59,109 nucleotides of DNA, taken from contig JAITOA010000018.1 of assembly GCA_031290195.1 (NCBI GenBank), positions 1-59,109 on the forward strand, read 5' to 3'. Each line of letters opens with the position of its first letter. The stretch's first letter is position 1. The stretch comes from Puniceicoccales bacterium. GTDB lineage: Bacteria; Verrucomicrobiota; Verrucomicrobiia; Opitutales; JAIRLM01. Below are positions 9,044-17,155 of this stretch, one piece after another. Position numbers and translations under genes: made by a program. The notes under the pieces were generated by a model. The model saw nothing but the letters and a program-made list of their open reading frames with translations, made no database searches and was not told where the DNA came from.

Positions 9044-10063
9044 CTAAAATGCAGACTTAGAAACTTTTAACACCTCTACTCCAAAACTTTCCGCTATGGC
9101 CTTTGTGGTAGAGCCGACACTCCCGTCACCGACGTTATTTTCATCGATGGAGGTAATGGGTCTCACTTCCCCTAGGTTCGTCAAAAGAAAACACTCCGGG
9201 GCTGCGGTAAGATCTTGTATTTTTAGAACTTGGACGTTGCAAGAATATGCCAGCGCCGACAGAACATCGATGGCGGCCCGCTGCATTGGGGAGGAGGTAG
9301 CCATTTCCGGGGCCAGGATGGCTCCGTCGCGGCAGGCAAAAATTTCCCCGCCGGTGCAGGTGGTCACGGCGCCCTTTGTATCCAGCAGCAGTCCCTCTTC
9401 TCCCCCTTTTTCCCGTGCTCGATTCCGGGCCAGCACCGTTCCAACGAAAGACAATAAATTTCGCTCCAATGCGACCATTTCACCGGTGGTCGGCAGGTCG
9501 GACAGCGTTGATAGGCGGGTCGCGGGAAGTGGTTTTCCTTCAAAAACCTTTACGCCATGAGGAAAGATGATGAGTGAAGGAGCGATCTCCATTGCCTTTT
9601 CTTTTGGTTTTCCTTCGGCAATTTCCTTGGCGGGCGGTGCCTCCTTGGGAGCTTTTTCCTTCTCAGGAACTTCTTCTTTTTTCTTGGGAACCGGTGTTCC
9701 GGCACTGAAAATGACCCGCAGGACGGCATCCTTGCCGCCGTAGCCATTCATGTCATAGGTGACAGCCAGTGCTTCCTTGACGTCGTTGACCTCCCACGGG
9801 AAAGGCATGCCGAGGTCACCCGCAAGTTTTCGAAGGTATTCCAGCCGCTCGTCCAGACGGTAAAATTTTCCTTCCCGGCAACCGAAGCAATCACGCACGC
9901 CAATGGACCGCAAAAAACCTTCACCGCCCACGGAGATTTTCGCATCTTCCCAGTCGTAGAGTGCTCCGTTGACGTAGACCTTCACCGGAAGGAATGTAGC
10001 TGAAATTTTTGCGGAGGAAAATGTTTTTTTCCCGCCAACGGACCCTGGTTTTCCGAATTGCAT
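9044..10063 (-). CDS. aminotransferase class IV-fold protein (BCAT/PabC-like) with Lys/Glu/Pro-rich insertion
   Basis: The N-terminal region VYVNGALYDWEDAKISVGGEGFLRSIGVRDCF..GKFYRLDERLEYLRKLAGDLGM and the C-terminal region GLLLDTKGAVTTCTGGEIF..GAILAP match the class IV pattern. There is a roughly 37-aa insert PVPKKKEEVPEKEKAPKEAPPAKEIAEGKPKEK. Confidence 0.7.
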   Translation of the reverse strand: MQFGKPGSVGGKKTFSSAKISATFLPVKVYVNGALYDWEDAKISVGGEGFLRSIGVRDCFGCREGKFYRLDERLEYLRKLAGDLGMPFPWEVNDVKEALAVTYDMNGYGGKDAVLRVIFSAGTPVPKKKEEVPEKEKAPKEAPPAKEIAEGKPKEKAMEIAPSLIIFPHGVKVFEGKPLPATRLSTLSDLPTTGEMVALERNLLSFVGTVLARNRAREKGGEEGLLLDTKGAVTTCTGGEIFACRDGAILAPEMATSSPMQRAAIDVLSALAYSCNVQVLKIQDLTAAPECFLLTNLGEVRPITSIDENNVGDGSVGSTTKAIAESFGVEVLKVSKSAF

Positions 10064-10105
10064 GGCCGGGCTCGACTTTTGGCGAAAAAGTGCAACGCTC
10101 TTCCG

Positions 10106-10645
10106 GTGATTTCTAAAAGAATTTCCAGAAATTCTTCCGGGAACAATGGTGGATTTACGCTGATTGAGCTTCTTCTGGCGACGGGCATTTTCTCCGTTCT
10201 ATTTCTGTCGACGTTCCGCTTCATTGTCCACGGTTCCGGACGAATTGGGATGGAAATTTCCCATCTGAACGCCTCCCTCGAGCGCGCACGACTCCTCTAT
10301 GTTCTGGAACGGGACCTGCCGGCCGCCAAAAATTTTTCCCCGAAACAACTGCCGAACGGAGTCCGATGGGAATTTCCGGAAACCCCCGCGGAAGAGGCAT
10401 CGTCCAAAGTTTATATTTTCAATCCGGCGTCGGAGCGACTCCACCGAATTTCCCTGCCTCCGGCCGCAGAACTTCCTCCGGACTCCCAGAGCAACCGGAC
10501 GGTTCTCCTGGAAGGGATTGTTGAATTTTTCCTCGCCGCTGACCGTGAAGGTGAAAATTTTTCGGACTCCGTTGCCGTCACCACGCGGTTCCGCGGAGAA
10601 AAGAATTCCGTTCGCTCGGTAATTCCCCTGCGACAACGTTTTTAG
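10106..10645 (+). CDS. prepilin-type N-terminal cleavage/methylation domain protein (type II secretion/type IV pilus pseudopilin-like)
   Basis: Basic leader followed by G/FTLIELLLATGIFSVLFL, with Glu at +5. GTG 10106 gives a 16-aa leader. The ORF is open from TTG 10058, which would overlap the divergent gene. Confidence 0.75.
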   Translation: MISKRISRNSSGNNGGFTLIELLLATGIFSVLFLSTFRFIVHGSGRIGMEISHLNASLERARLLYVLERDLPAAKNFSPKQLPNGVRWEFPETPAEEASSKVYIFNPASERLHRISLPPAAELPPDSQSNRTVLLEGIVEFFLAADREGENFSDSVAVTTRFRGEKNSVRSVIPLRQRF

Positions 10646-10779
10646 GTGTCGTTTTTTACTTTCAGGCCAAGCAGTTCAGTGCCCGTAGTCGCAAATCCAT
10701 TGGAGATGGGTCAGCATCCTGGAAAATTGGAGGCGCCCTTTGTTCTTGAAATTTTTGAGAATTTTCACCCTCTAACTTT

Positions 10780-11631
10780 GTGGAAAAAGACGATCCTGGA
10801 AAAGGTTTGCGGCTCCAAAAATATCTCTCCATGGCCGGCGTCTGTTCCCGGCGCCACGGAGAAGAGGCAATTCTGCGCGGTGAAGTTTCCGTTGATGGAA
10901 AGCCAGCTGTCCTAGGGATGCGCATTTTTCCTGGCGGGCAAGTGGTGACCTTTTGCGGCGAAGAGGTGCGACCGGGGGCGGCGCGGCGGCGGACGGTTTT
11001 GGCTCTCAATAAACCCCGCGGGTATATCTGCACCCATTCCGACCCTCTACACCGTGCGGAGGAAACAATCTACGCCCTTCTTCCCCTCTACAACGGATGT
11101 AAACTTATCTGCTGTGGACGTTTAGATAAAGATAGCGAAGGACTTGTCCTTCTCACCGATGATGGAAACCTAGCAAGCCGGCTCATGCATCCCTCCTGCG
11201 GGGTTGGCAAGCATTATCGAGTAGCCATTGACCAGCCCCTGCAGGAAAGACACCGCGAAGTGCTCCTGAAAGGCATCCATGACCAAGGGGACTTGCTTAC
11301 TTTGGAGGCGCTGTCAACCCACTCCGGAGACCGAAAATTCCTCTCTATCACCCTGGGTTTTGGGAAAAAACGTCACATCCGGCGCATGCTAGGAGCACTT
11401 GGCTACGCGGTCGTGCGGCTAGAGAGAAATAAAATTGGGTCATTTTCTCTGGATGGCATCCGCCCAGGTCGCTACTTCCACTTGGAGGAGAAACACATAG
11501 CGAAATTGCTCACACCAGAAAGTAGGCCGCGGCGCAAAAAAAACCAGCCGTGGCGAAGTGCCTCACAAGTTCCGCGACACATCCAGCCCCTCCATGGAAG
11601 GATGCCGTCGAAAGAGCCATCACTTCGATGA
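10780..11631 (+). CDS. rRNA pseudouridine synthase, RsuA/RluB family
   Basis: S4-like N-terminus (RLQKYLSMAGVCSRRHGEEAILRGEVSVDG) and catalytic motif GRLDKDSEGLVLLTDDG. GTG start. Confidence 0.9.
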   Translation: MEKDDPGKGLRLQKYLSMAGVCSRRHGEEAILRGEVSVDGKPAVLGMRIFPGGQVVTFCGEEVRPGAARRRTVLALNKPRGYICTHSDPLHRAEETIYALLPLYNGCKLICCGRLDKDSEGLVLLTDDGNLASRLMHPSCGVGKHYRVAIDQPLQERHREVLLKGIHDQGDLLTLEALSTHSGDRKFLSITLGFGKKRHIRRMLGALGYAVVRLERNKIGSFSLDGIRPGRYFHLEEKHIAKLLTPESRPRRKKNQPWRSASQVPRHIQPLHGRMPSKEPSLR

Positions 11632-11988
11632 ACCGGAGTAGGCTTTTTCCTTTACCTGCATTGCTTTTTTGCCAATTCTCTTGCGCATGTAGTAGAGTTT
11701 GGCGCGCAAGATGACGCTGTGTCTCTCCACTTCGATTTTTTCGATGGTCGGGGAGTGGATTGGAAATATTTTTTCGACACCTTGTCCGAAGGAAATGCGC
11801 CGGACAGTAAAGGTTTCCGTCGGGCCCGTTCCCTTGCGGGCGATGACAATGCCCGGAAAAGTTTGAATTCTTTCCTTGTCCCCTTCCCGCACGCGCAGGT
11901 GCACACGGACCCCATCACCGATTTTGAAAGAATTTAACCTTTCCTCCTTCACGGAGCCTTCCAAAGCTTCCTTGATTTTCCTATTCAT
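11620..11988 (-). CDS. rplS: 50S ribosomal protein L19
   Basis: FKIGDGVRVHLRVREGDKERIQTFPGIVIARKG..FTVRRISFGQGVEKIFPIHSP is classic L19. Confidence 0.97.
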   Translation of the reverse strand: MNRKIKEALEGSVKEERLNSFKIGDGVRVHLRVREGDKERIQTFPGIVIARKGTGPTETFTVRRISFGQGVEKIFPIHSPTIEKIEVERHSVILRAKLYYMRKRIGKKAMQVKEKAYSGSSK

Positions 11989-12673
11989 GGCTCCCCATCT
12001 CCCAAAGGTCCCGGCGCCGACAGCGCGTCCTTTCTAGTTGTTGCTGCTTTCGCCAGTCGTCAATCCTTTTGTGATCCCCGGACAGCAAAATTTCCGGGAC
12101 CCGCCGTCCTTCGAATTCTGCGGGTCGCGTGTACTGGGGAAAGGTTAGTAAATTTTCATTGAAACTATCCTGTCGCAGAGATTGGCTGTTGCCCAGCACT
12201 CCGGGGACATGGCGCGCCACGGCGTCCAAAAGCACGGCCGCCGGCAGAACGCCGTTGGTTAGGACATAGTCGCCGATGGAAATTTCAAGGTCAACGGACC
12301 GTTCCCGAACCCGCTCGTCGATGCCCTCGTAGTGGCCACAGAGAAGAATCAAATGGCGCTCTTCGGCAAGCTTTTCAGCAAGTTGAGCGCGCAGAGGGAT
12401 TCCGTCGGGACAGAGATAGATGACCTTTGAACCTTCCCCGCGAAGGGCATCAATGGCACGGCAAACGGGTCCTGGCCTCAGTACCATCCCTGCGCCGCCC
12501 CCGAACGGACGGTCGTCCACAATTCCATGGCGATCCTCCGCCCACTCGCGGATGGAACGGGAAGAAAATTCCAAAACCCCGGAACGGATGGCCCTCCCCA
12601 GCACGCTCTCATCCACAAAACCAGCGAGCATCCTCGGAAAAAGGGAAAGGACATCCACGCGTAGCTGTGGCAT
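11981..12673 (-). CDS. trmD: tRNA (guanine37-N1)-methyltransferase
   Basis: Motifs LRVDVLSLFPRML, DDRPFGGGAGMVL and LLCGHYEGIDERV. ATG 12673 chosen because the longer ORF has no homologous N-terminus. Overlaps rplS by 8 nt. Confidence 0.95.
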   Translation of the reverse strand: MPQLRVDVLSLFPRMLAGFVDESVLGRAIRSGVLEFSSRSIREWAEDRHGIVDDRPFGGGAGMVLRPGPVCRAIDALRGEGSKVIYLCPDGIPLRAQLAEKLAEERHLILLCGHYEGIDERVRERSVDLEISIGDYVLTNGVLPAAVLLDAVARHVPGVLGNSQSLRQDSFNENLLTFPQYTRPAEFEGRRVPEILLSGDHKRIDDWRKQQQLERTRCRRRDLWEMGSHE

Positions 12674-12704
12674 GGCGGCACCTTCCACGGTGCAATCCTT
12701 TACC

Positions 12705-12968
12705 CTAGGCAGGCACCGCGTTTCCGGTCCGGGCCTCACGGATAAGTGCACGAACGGTATCCGTCGGCTTGGCTCCAACCCCTATCCAGTGTTCCACTCT
12801 TTCCAAGCGAATGGACAGCCGTTCTTCCTTGCCTCTGGGGCTCGGATTGTAGTTACCCAAATTTTCCACGAAGCGGCCGTCGCGCCGCGCACAAGCCTCC
12901 GCCACCACCAGGCGATAGAGAGGGCGATGCGTACGCCCCTGACGCTGCAATCGAATTTTTAGTGCCAT
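12705..12968 (-). CDS. rpsP: 30S ribosomal protein S16
   Basis: MALKIRLQRQGRTHRPLYRLVVAE..RDGRFVENLGNYNP. Start taken at ATG 12968. Confidence 0.96.
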   Translation of the reverse strand: MALKIRLQRQGRTHRPLYRLVVAEACARRDGRFVENLGNYNPSPRGKEERLSIRLERVEHWIGVGAKPTDTVRALIREARTGNAVPA

Positions 12969-13094
12969 TAAAGTTCTCCGAACATCCAGGGCCAGTGCTA
13001 GGACAAAGGATGAGCCCGTCAAGGAAGAAATATCCCTCGGAACCAGCGGCGAAATAAACTTGCCAATTAGTCGATCTTTTTTTCCAATAGCACC

Positions 13095-14006
13095 GTGCTG
13101 TCGGCCGAAGAGAGAAAGTGGTGGATTCTTCCATTGCTAGGACTTGTATTCGTTGCTCTTCTAATGAGCCGTTTGCTACCGACTACGGCTGCTGCGGTCC
13201 ACTGGGGAGCGACGGAGTTGTACTCCATCGGCGGCAAATTTCCGATAACCGACGCCATGGTGACAAATTGGGTCATTGCGTTGGCCGTCGTTTTCGCCGT
13301 TCGCCGCATCGTGGGCAGTGGATTCTCCGCAATTCCGACGCGCGGTCAGGCGGCGCTGGAGATTTTGGTGGAAAAACTACGGCCGATTCTTGAACCCGTC
13401 GTTGGCCGTCGGGCGTTTCCCCACGTATTTCCTTTTCTGCTCGTCCTCTTTGTTTATATTCTCATTGAAAATCTCAGCGGCCTGCTTCCCGGAGTTGGAA
13501 CCCTTGGTTTCGTCGATTCGGCCGGTCGGTTCCGTTATTTTTTTCGGCCGGCCAACGCGGACCTTAACGCTACACTGGGGTTAGCTCTTGCTTCCTTTTT
13601 TTCCTGGATTTACTTCGTCGGCCGCTATGCTGGCCCGGGCGCATTTTTCAGGGATACCTTTGGGAACAAGGCTAGGCACGGGGAAGTTCCAACCCCCGCC
13701 TACGCCGTCCTTACGGTCATCTTCGTTGGCGTTGGCATCATTGATATTATCTCCATTTTTTTCCGAATTGTTTCTCTCTCCTTTAGACTCTACGGCAACA
13801 TCTTCGGCGGAGAAAATCTCCTCGGCAATATGTCTGGATTGTTCGCCTATTTACTGCCCGTACCCTTCTATTTCCTAGAGCTCCTTATCGGCATTATCCA
13901 GGCGTTCGTATTCACTTTGTTGACGGCCGTGTACGTGGGGCTACTTACCAACCACGGAGGTGAAAATTTGCCACAAAATTCCAGCAAGGAACTCGTCGAA
14001 TCGTAA
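13095..14006 (+). CDS. atpB: F0F1 ATP synthase subunit a
   Basis: Multi-TM protein with the essential-Arg motif LSFRLYGNIFGGE and C-terminal LIGIIQAFVFTLLTAVY. GTG start. Confidence 0.9.
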   Translation: MLSAEERKWWILPLLGLVFVALLMSRLLPTTAAAVHWGATELYSIGGKFPITDAMVTNWVIALAVVFAVRRIVGSGFSAIPTRGQAALEILVEKLRPILEPVVGRRAFPHVFPFLLVLFVYILIENLSGLLPGVGTLGFVDSAGRFRYFFRPANADLNATLGLALASFFSWIYFVGRYAGPGAFFRDTFGNKARHGEVPTPAYAVLTVIFVGVGIIDIISIFFRIVSLSFRLYGNIFGGENLLGNMSGLFAYLLPVPFYFLELLIGIIQAFVFTLLTAVYVGLLTNHGGENLPQNSSKELVES

Positions 14007-14034
14007 AATTTTAGGCGACAGGTGCGCAATCGTC

Positions 14035-14071
14035 CCTCCGGAACCGGAGGCGTCCCGGGGGCCGGTTTTTT
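14035..14071 (+). terminator. probable rho-independent terminator after atpB
   Basis: GC-rich self-complementary segment CCTCCGGAACCGGAGG..CCCGGGGGCCGG followed by T6 (14066-14071), 29 nt after the atpB stop. Confidence 0.5.
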
Positions 14072-14204
14072 GTGTATGTTTTTTCTGCCATCATCATTTC
14101 TACGGGCCAGTGGTCGGAAAAATGACTCGAAGGGGACTTTCGAAGTCAGTGAGCTTGACAGTGCGCCTTCCACCGCAGTTAAATGAATGGTGGATCGCAT
14201 TTCT

Positions 14205-15083
14205 ATGAGACAAATTTTTCTTCTCTTGCCAATGGTTTTGCTGGCCGCCTGTGGTCACCTGGAGGTAAGGAACACGACACCGTCTACCATGGCTACCAAC
14301 GCAGCGGAGGTTTATCCTATCTCCATGCGACTCGACGGTCACAGCGGGGAAGTGATCAGGGAGTCGGTGAAGGCCCGGGTGGTTGTGGACGGGAAGGTAC
14401 GCCCCATGCGGAGAACAGGTGGAAATGAATTCCTCTACGAACATGCTCTCCCCCGGGAACGCAGCAGTACCTCCTACTACTTTGACGTGGATTATTTGCA
14501 AAAAAGCGATGTGGGGAATCGGAAAAAAAACATCAAAACGGACATCTACGGTCTTCGTCTCTGCAATCGCTATGTGCTTGGCTTGGACAGCACGCGCGGG
14601 ATACCCGGGACACAGATCACGGTCATTGGTCGAGGATTTGCCAAGGACGACGAAGTCCTTGTGGGCTCTCTGACAGCGGAGACCCGCTTTGAATCTCCGA
14701 CGGCACTGTGCTTTTTCGTCCCCATCTTGCCGGCAAATACAGTCTATGAGCTCTCTGTCGTCGACGATACGGGCCGCATTCCGGCGGGCAAGTTCCGCAT
14801 CGATGCGGGTTCCCTGAGCGCCGCCCCAATGAATCTGGATTTTCGAAGCGGTGAGAAGGCAAAGCTAGTCCTTTCGCTTCCCATTCCGGCGCCGGAGGGG
14901 GGAGTGCCCGTGGACATTACCACCAATATCCCCGACGCCATTTCCGTGGATGAAGTACAAATTCCCGCCGGGAAAAATTCTGTGACGCTGCACCTGGAGG
15001 GTTTGGAGCCGGCAGAGGGGAGTCTTTTTATCGCCGTTGACGGCTTCCGCACCCTTCGTCTGCCCCTCCACGTTAATCCATAG
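14205..15083 (+). CDS. lipoprotein with IPT/TIG-like Ig-fold domain, function unknown
   Basis: Lipoprotein signal MRQIFLLLPMVLLAAC. The segment GIPGTQITVIGRGFAKDDEVLVGSL..FESPTALCFFVP resembles an IPT/TIG domain. Confidence 0.7.
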   Translation: MRQIFLLLPMVLLAACGHLEVRNTTPSTMATNAAEVYPISMRLDGHSGEVIRESVKARVVVDGKVRPMRRTGGNEFLYEHALPRERSSTSYYFDVDYLQKSDVGNRKKNIKTDIYGLRLCNRYVLGLDSTRGIPGTQITVIGRGFAKDDEVLVGSLTAETRFESPTALCFFVPILPANTVYELSVVDDTGRIPAGKFRIDAGSLSAAPMNLDFRSGEKAKLVLSLPIPAPEGGVPVDITTNIPDAISVDEVQIPAGKNSVTLHLEGLEPAEGSLFIAVDGFRTLRLPLHVNP

Positions 15084-15099
15084 GGGTGCTTGGCAAGCC

Positions 15100-16863
15100 A
15101 TGGAGAATGGGCTATGGTCGTTCCTGTGGAGGAGACTGCGTCCCCACCGCTGGATGGTTATCCTTGGAATTTTTCTGACGATCCCAGTCGGATCCATGGA
15201 TGCGGCCATTGCCGCGTTCCTCGGTCCCTGCGTTGACCAGATCGCCCTCGGACGGGATCTGCATTTTTCCGCGCGACTTCCCTTCCTTATTGTTCTTTTT
15301 ACCGTCATACAGGGAGGCTTTATCTTTTTCTCCGCCTATGTAAACGGCTGGGTCGGCAATCGAGTCACCTATGACACAAAAAAGCAACTTTTCCACCGTC
15401 TCCTGGCCATGGACACGGATTACTTCGACCACAGTGATTCCGGCACGGTTCTGCTTCTCTTTTCTACGGATGCGGCAACGGCATTTTCCGGGCTCATGAA
15501 TCACATGCGCTTTTTTTTAACTAGATTTTTCTCCTCCATTTCCCTGGCTGTCGTTCTGCTATACACTTCCTGGTGGCTGGCCCTGGTGGCGCTTGGCACC
15601 GTTGCCGTCGCCTTTTATCCGCTGCGCCTGGTGCGGAAGAAAGTCCATGACCTTTCTAGAAAAAGCCAATTCGACGGCGCGAAGGAGGCATCCTTCTACA
15701 ACGAACACCACGCTGGAAATCGGACCGTTGCCGCTTATAATCTCCAAGGTCGGCAAAAAAAATGCCATTCTTCCCTTGCGGATGAAATGTTTCGTACCTC
15801 CATGCGGCTGGTGCGACACTCCAATTGGCCTTCCCCGGCAATGCACGCCATCGTTGCCGTCGGACTGGCCGGTGTCCTTATGCTGGGCGGCGTCTTGGTA
15901 TCGAGGGGCGTTATGGGTGGGGGAAATTTTGCCACGTTCATCGCCGCACTCCTCCTCCTTTACACGCCGATCAAGGGTCTGGGTGGCAACTTTTCTGCCA
16001 TCCAAGGGGCCATTGTGGCGGCGGAGCGCGTCCGAAAGACCCTCCAGCTGCAACCCCGTTTTCAGGATGTTTCCCCGGCTCCGGAGAAGACTCTGACCAT
16101 TCGAGAAGGAATCCGTTTTGAGTCCGTCACCTTTGCCTACCGGGGACAGGCTGCCGTCCTCAACGGCGTCGATTTTTTTGTCCCCGTCGGAAAATCCATT
16201 GGCATCGTTGGCCACTCCGGTAGCGGAAAGTCTACCCTAGCTCATCTACTTCTACGACTCTACGACGTCACAGGAGGACGCATCACCATCGATGGCCGTG
16301 ACCTTCGAGAAATTTCCATCGGGGATCTCCGCCGAAGCATTGCCATCGTTTTCCAGGATAATTTTCTCTTTTCCGGAACCATTCGGGACAACATTCTCCT
16401 AGGCAACGGCGGGGCAACGGATGGAGAATTGCGATGCGCCGTCCGGGCCGCACTGCTAGAGGAATTCATCGATTCGCTCCCCAAAGGCCTGGACACGGAA
16501 GTTGGCGAGCGAGGTACCCTTCTCTCCGGTGGGCAAAAACAGCGCATTGCCATCGCCAGGGCCATCCTCAAAAATGCCCCCATCGTCGTCCTGGACGAGG
16601 CAACCAGTGCCCTGGATAACCGATCCGAATCCCTGGTCCAGCGGGCCCTCGAAAATCTTACGGACAATAAAACCGTATTCACAATCGCCCACCGGCTTAG
16701 CACCATTGCCAGAGTTTCCGGCGTTGTTGTCCTAGAAAATGGGAAAATCATCGAAGCGGGGACCCCCGGAGAACTGCTCCGTAGGCCCTCCGGTGCCTAC
16801 GCCAAATTGCAAGCACACTCCGACGGAACGGGTGATGCCGACCCAACCGCGCCGAATTTCTAG
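15100..16863 (+). CDS. ABC transporter permease/ATP-binding protein, MsbA/lipid-export type
   Basis: Six-TM exporter domain plus NBD: Walker A GHSGSGKST, signature LSGGQKQRIAIARA, Walker B IVVLDEATSALD. ATG 15100 avoids overlap with the upstream lipoprotein gene. Confidence 0.9.
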   Translation: MENGLWSFLWRRLRPHRWMVILGIFLTIPVGSMDAAIAAFLGPCVDQIALGRDLHFSARLPFLIVLFTVIQGGFIFFSAYVNGWVGNRVTYDTKKQLFHRLLAMDTDYFDHSDSGTVLLLFSTDAATAFSGLMNHMRFFLTRFFSSISLAVVLLYTSWWLALVALGTVAVAFYPLRLVRKKVHDLSRKSQFDGAKEASFYNEHHAGNRTVAAYNLQGRQKKCHSSLADEMFRTSMRLVRHSNWPSPAMHAIVAVGLAGVLMLGGVLVSRGVMGGGNFATFIAALLLLYTPIKGLGGNFSAIQGAIVAAERVRKTLQLQPRFQDVSPAPEKTLTIREGIRFESVTFAYRGQAAVLNGVDFFVPVGKSIGIVGHSGSGKSTLAHLLLRLYDVTGGRITIDGRDLREISIGDLRRSIAIVFQDNFLFSGTIRDNILLGNGGATDGELRCAVRAALLEEFIDSLPKGLDTEVGERGTLLSGGQKQRIAIARAILKNAPIVVLDEATSALDNRSESLVQRALENLTDNKTVFTIAHRLSTIARVSGVVVLENGKIIEAGTPGELLRRPSGAYAKLQAHSDGTGDADPTAPNF

Positions 16864-17155
16864 AGAATGGGCTAGATTTGACCTTTTCCCCTAATTTTTA
16901 TCCCGTGCAATTTCCATCTTCCTCCTGGGAGGGCATCGGTAAATTTGTGCTTCCTGGCGGCTCCCGTGGCAAAATTTCCGTTGGCCTGGATCCCGCGGCT
17001 CCGGGAGATGGGCGCGAAAGCTCTTGCGAATGGGGAAAATTTTCCTATTCACGAATGGGGATTTCCTGGGGAAGCTAGCATGGGACCACGGGCCGTCGAT
17101 CTGCGGCGGCATGGTCTGGGGCATTCCTTCCCTATCGCGAGCTGAGGGTCTATCG

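Noticed and set aside
10646-10915. 89-aa ORF between the pseudopilin and the pseudouridine synthase genes
   Set aside because: It overlaps the well-supported S4-domain N-terminus of the synthase in another frame, and has no SD or motif.
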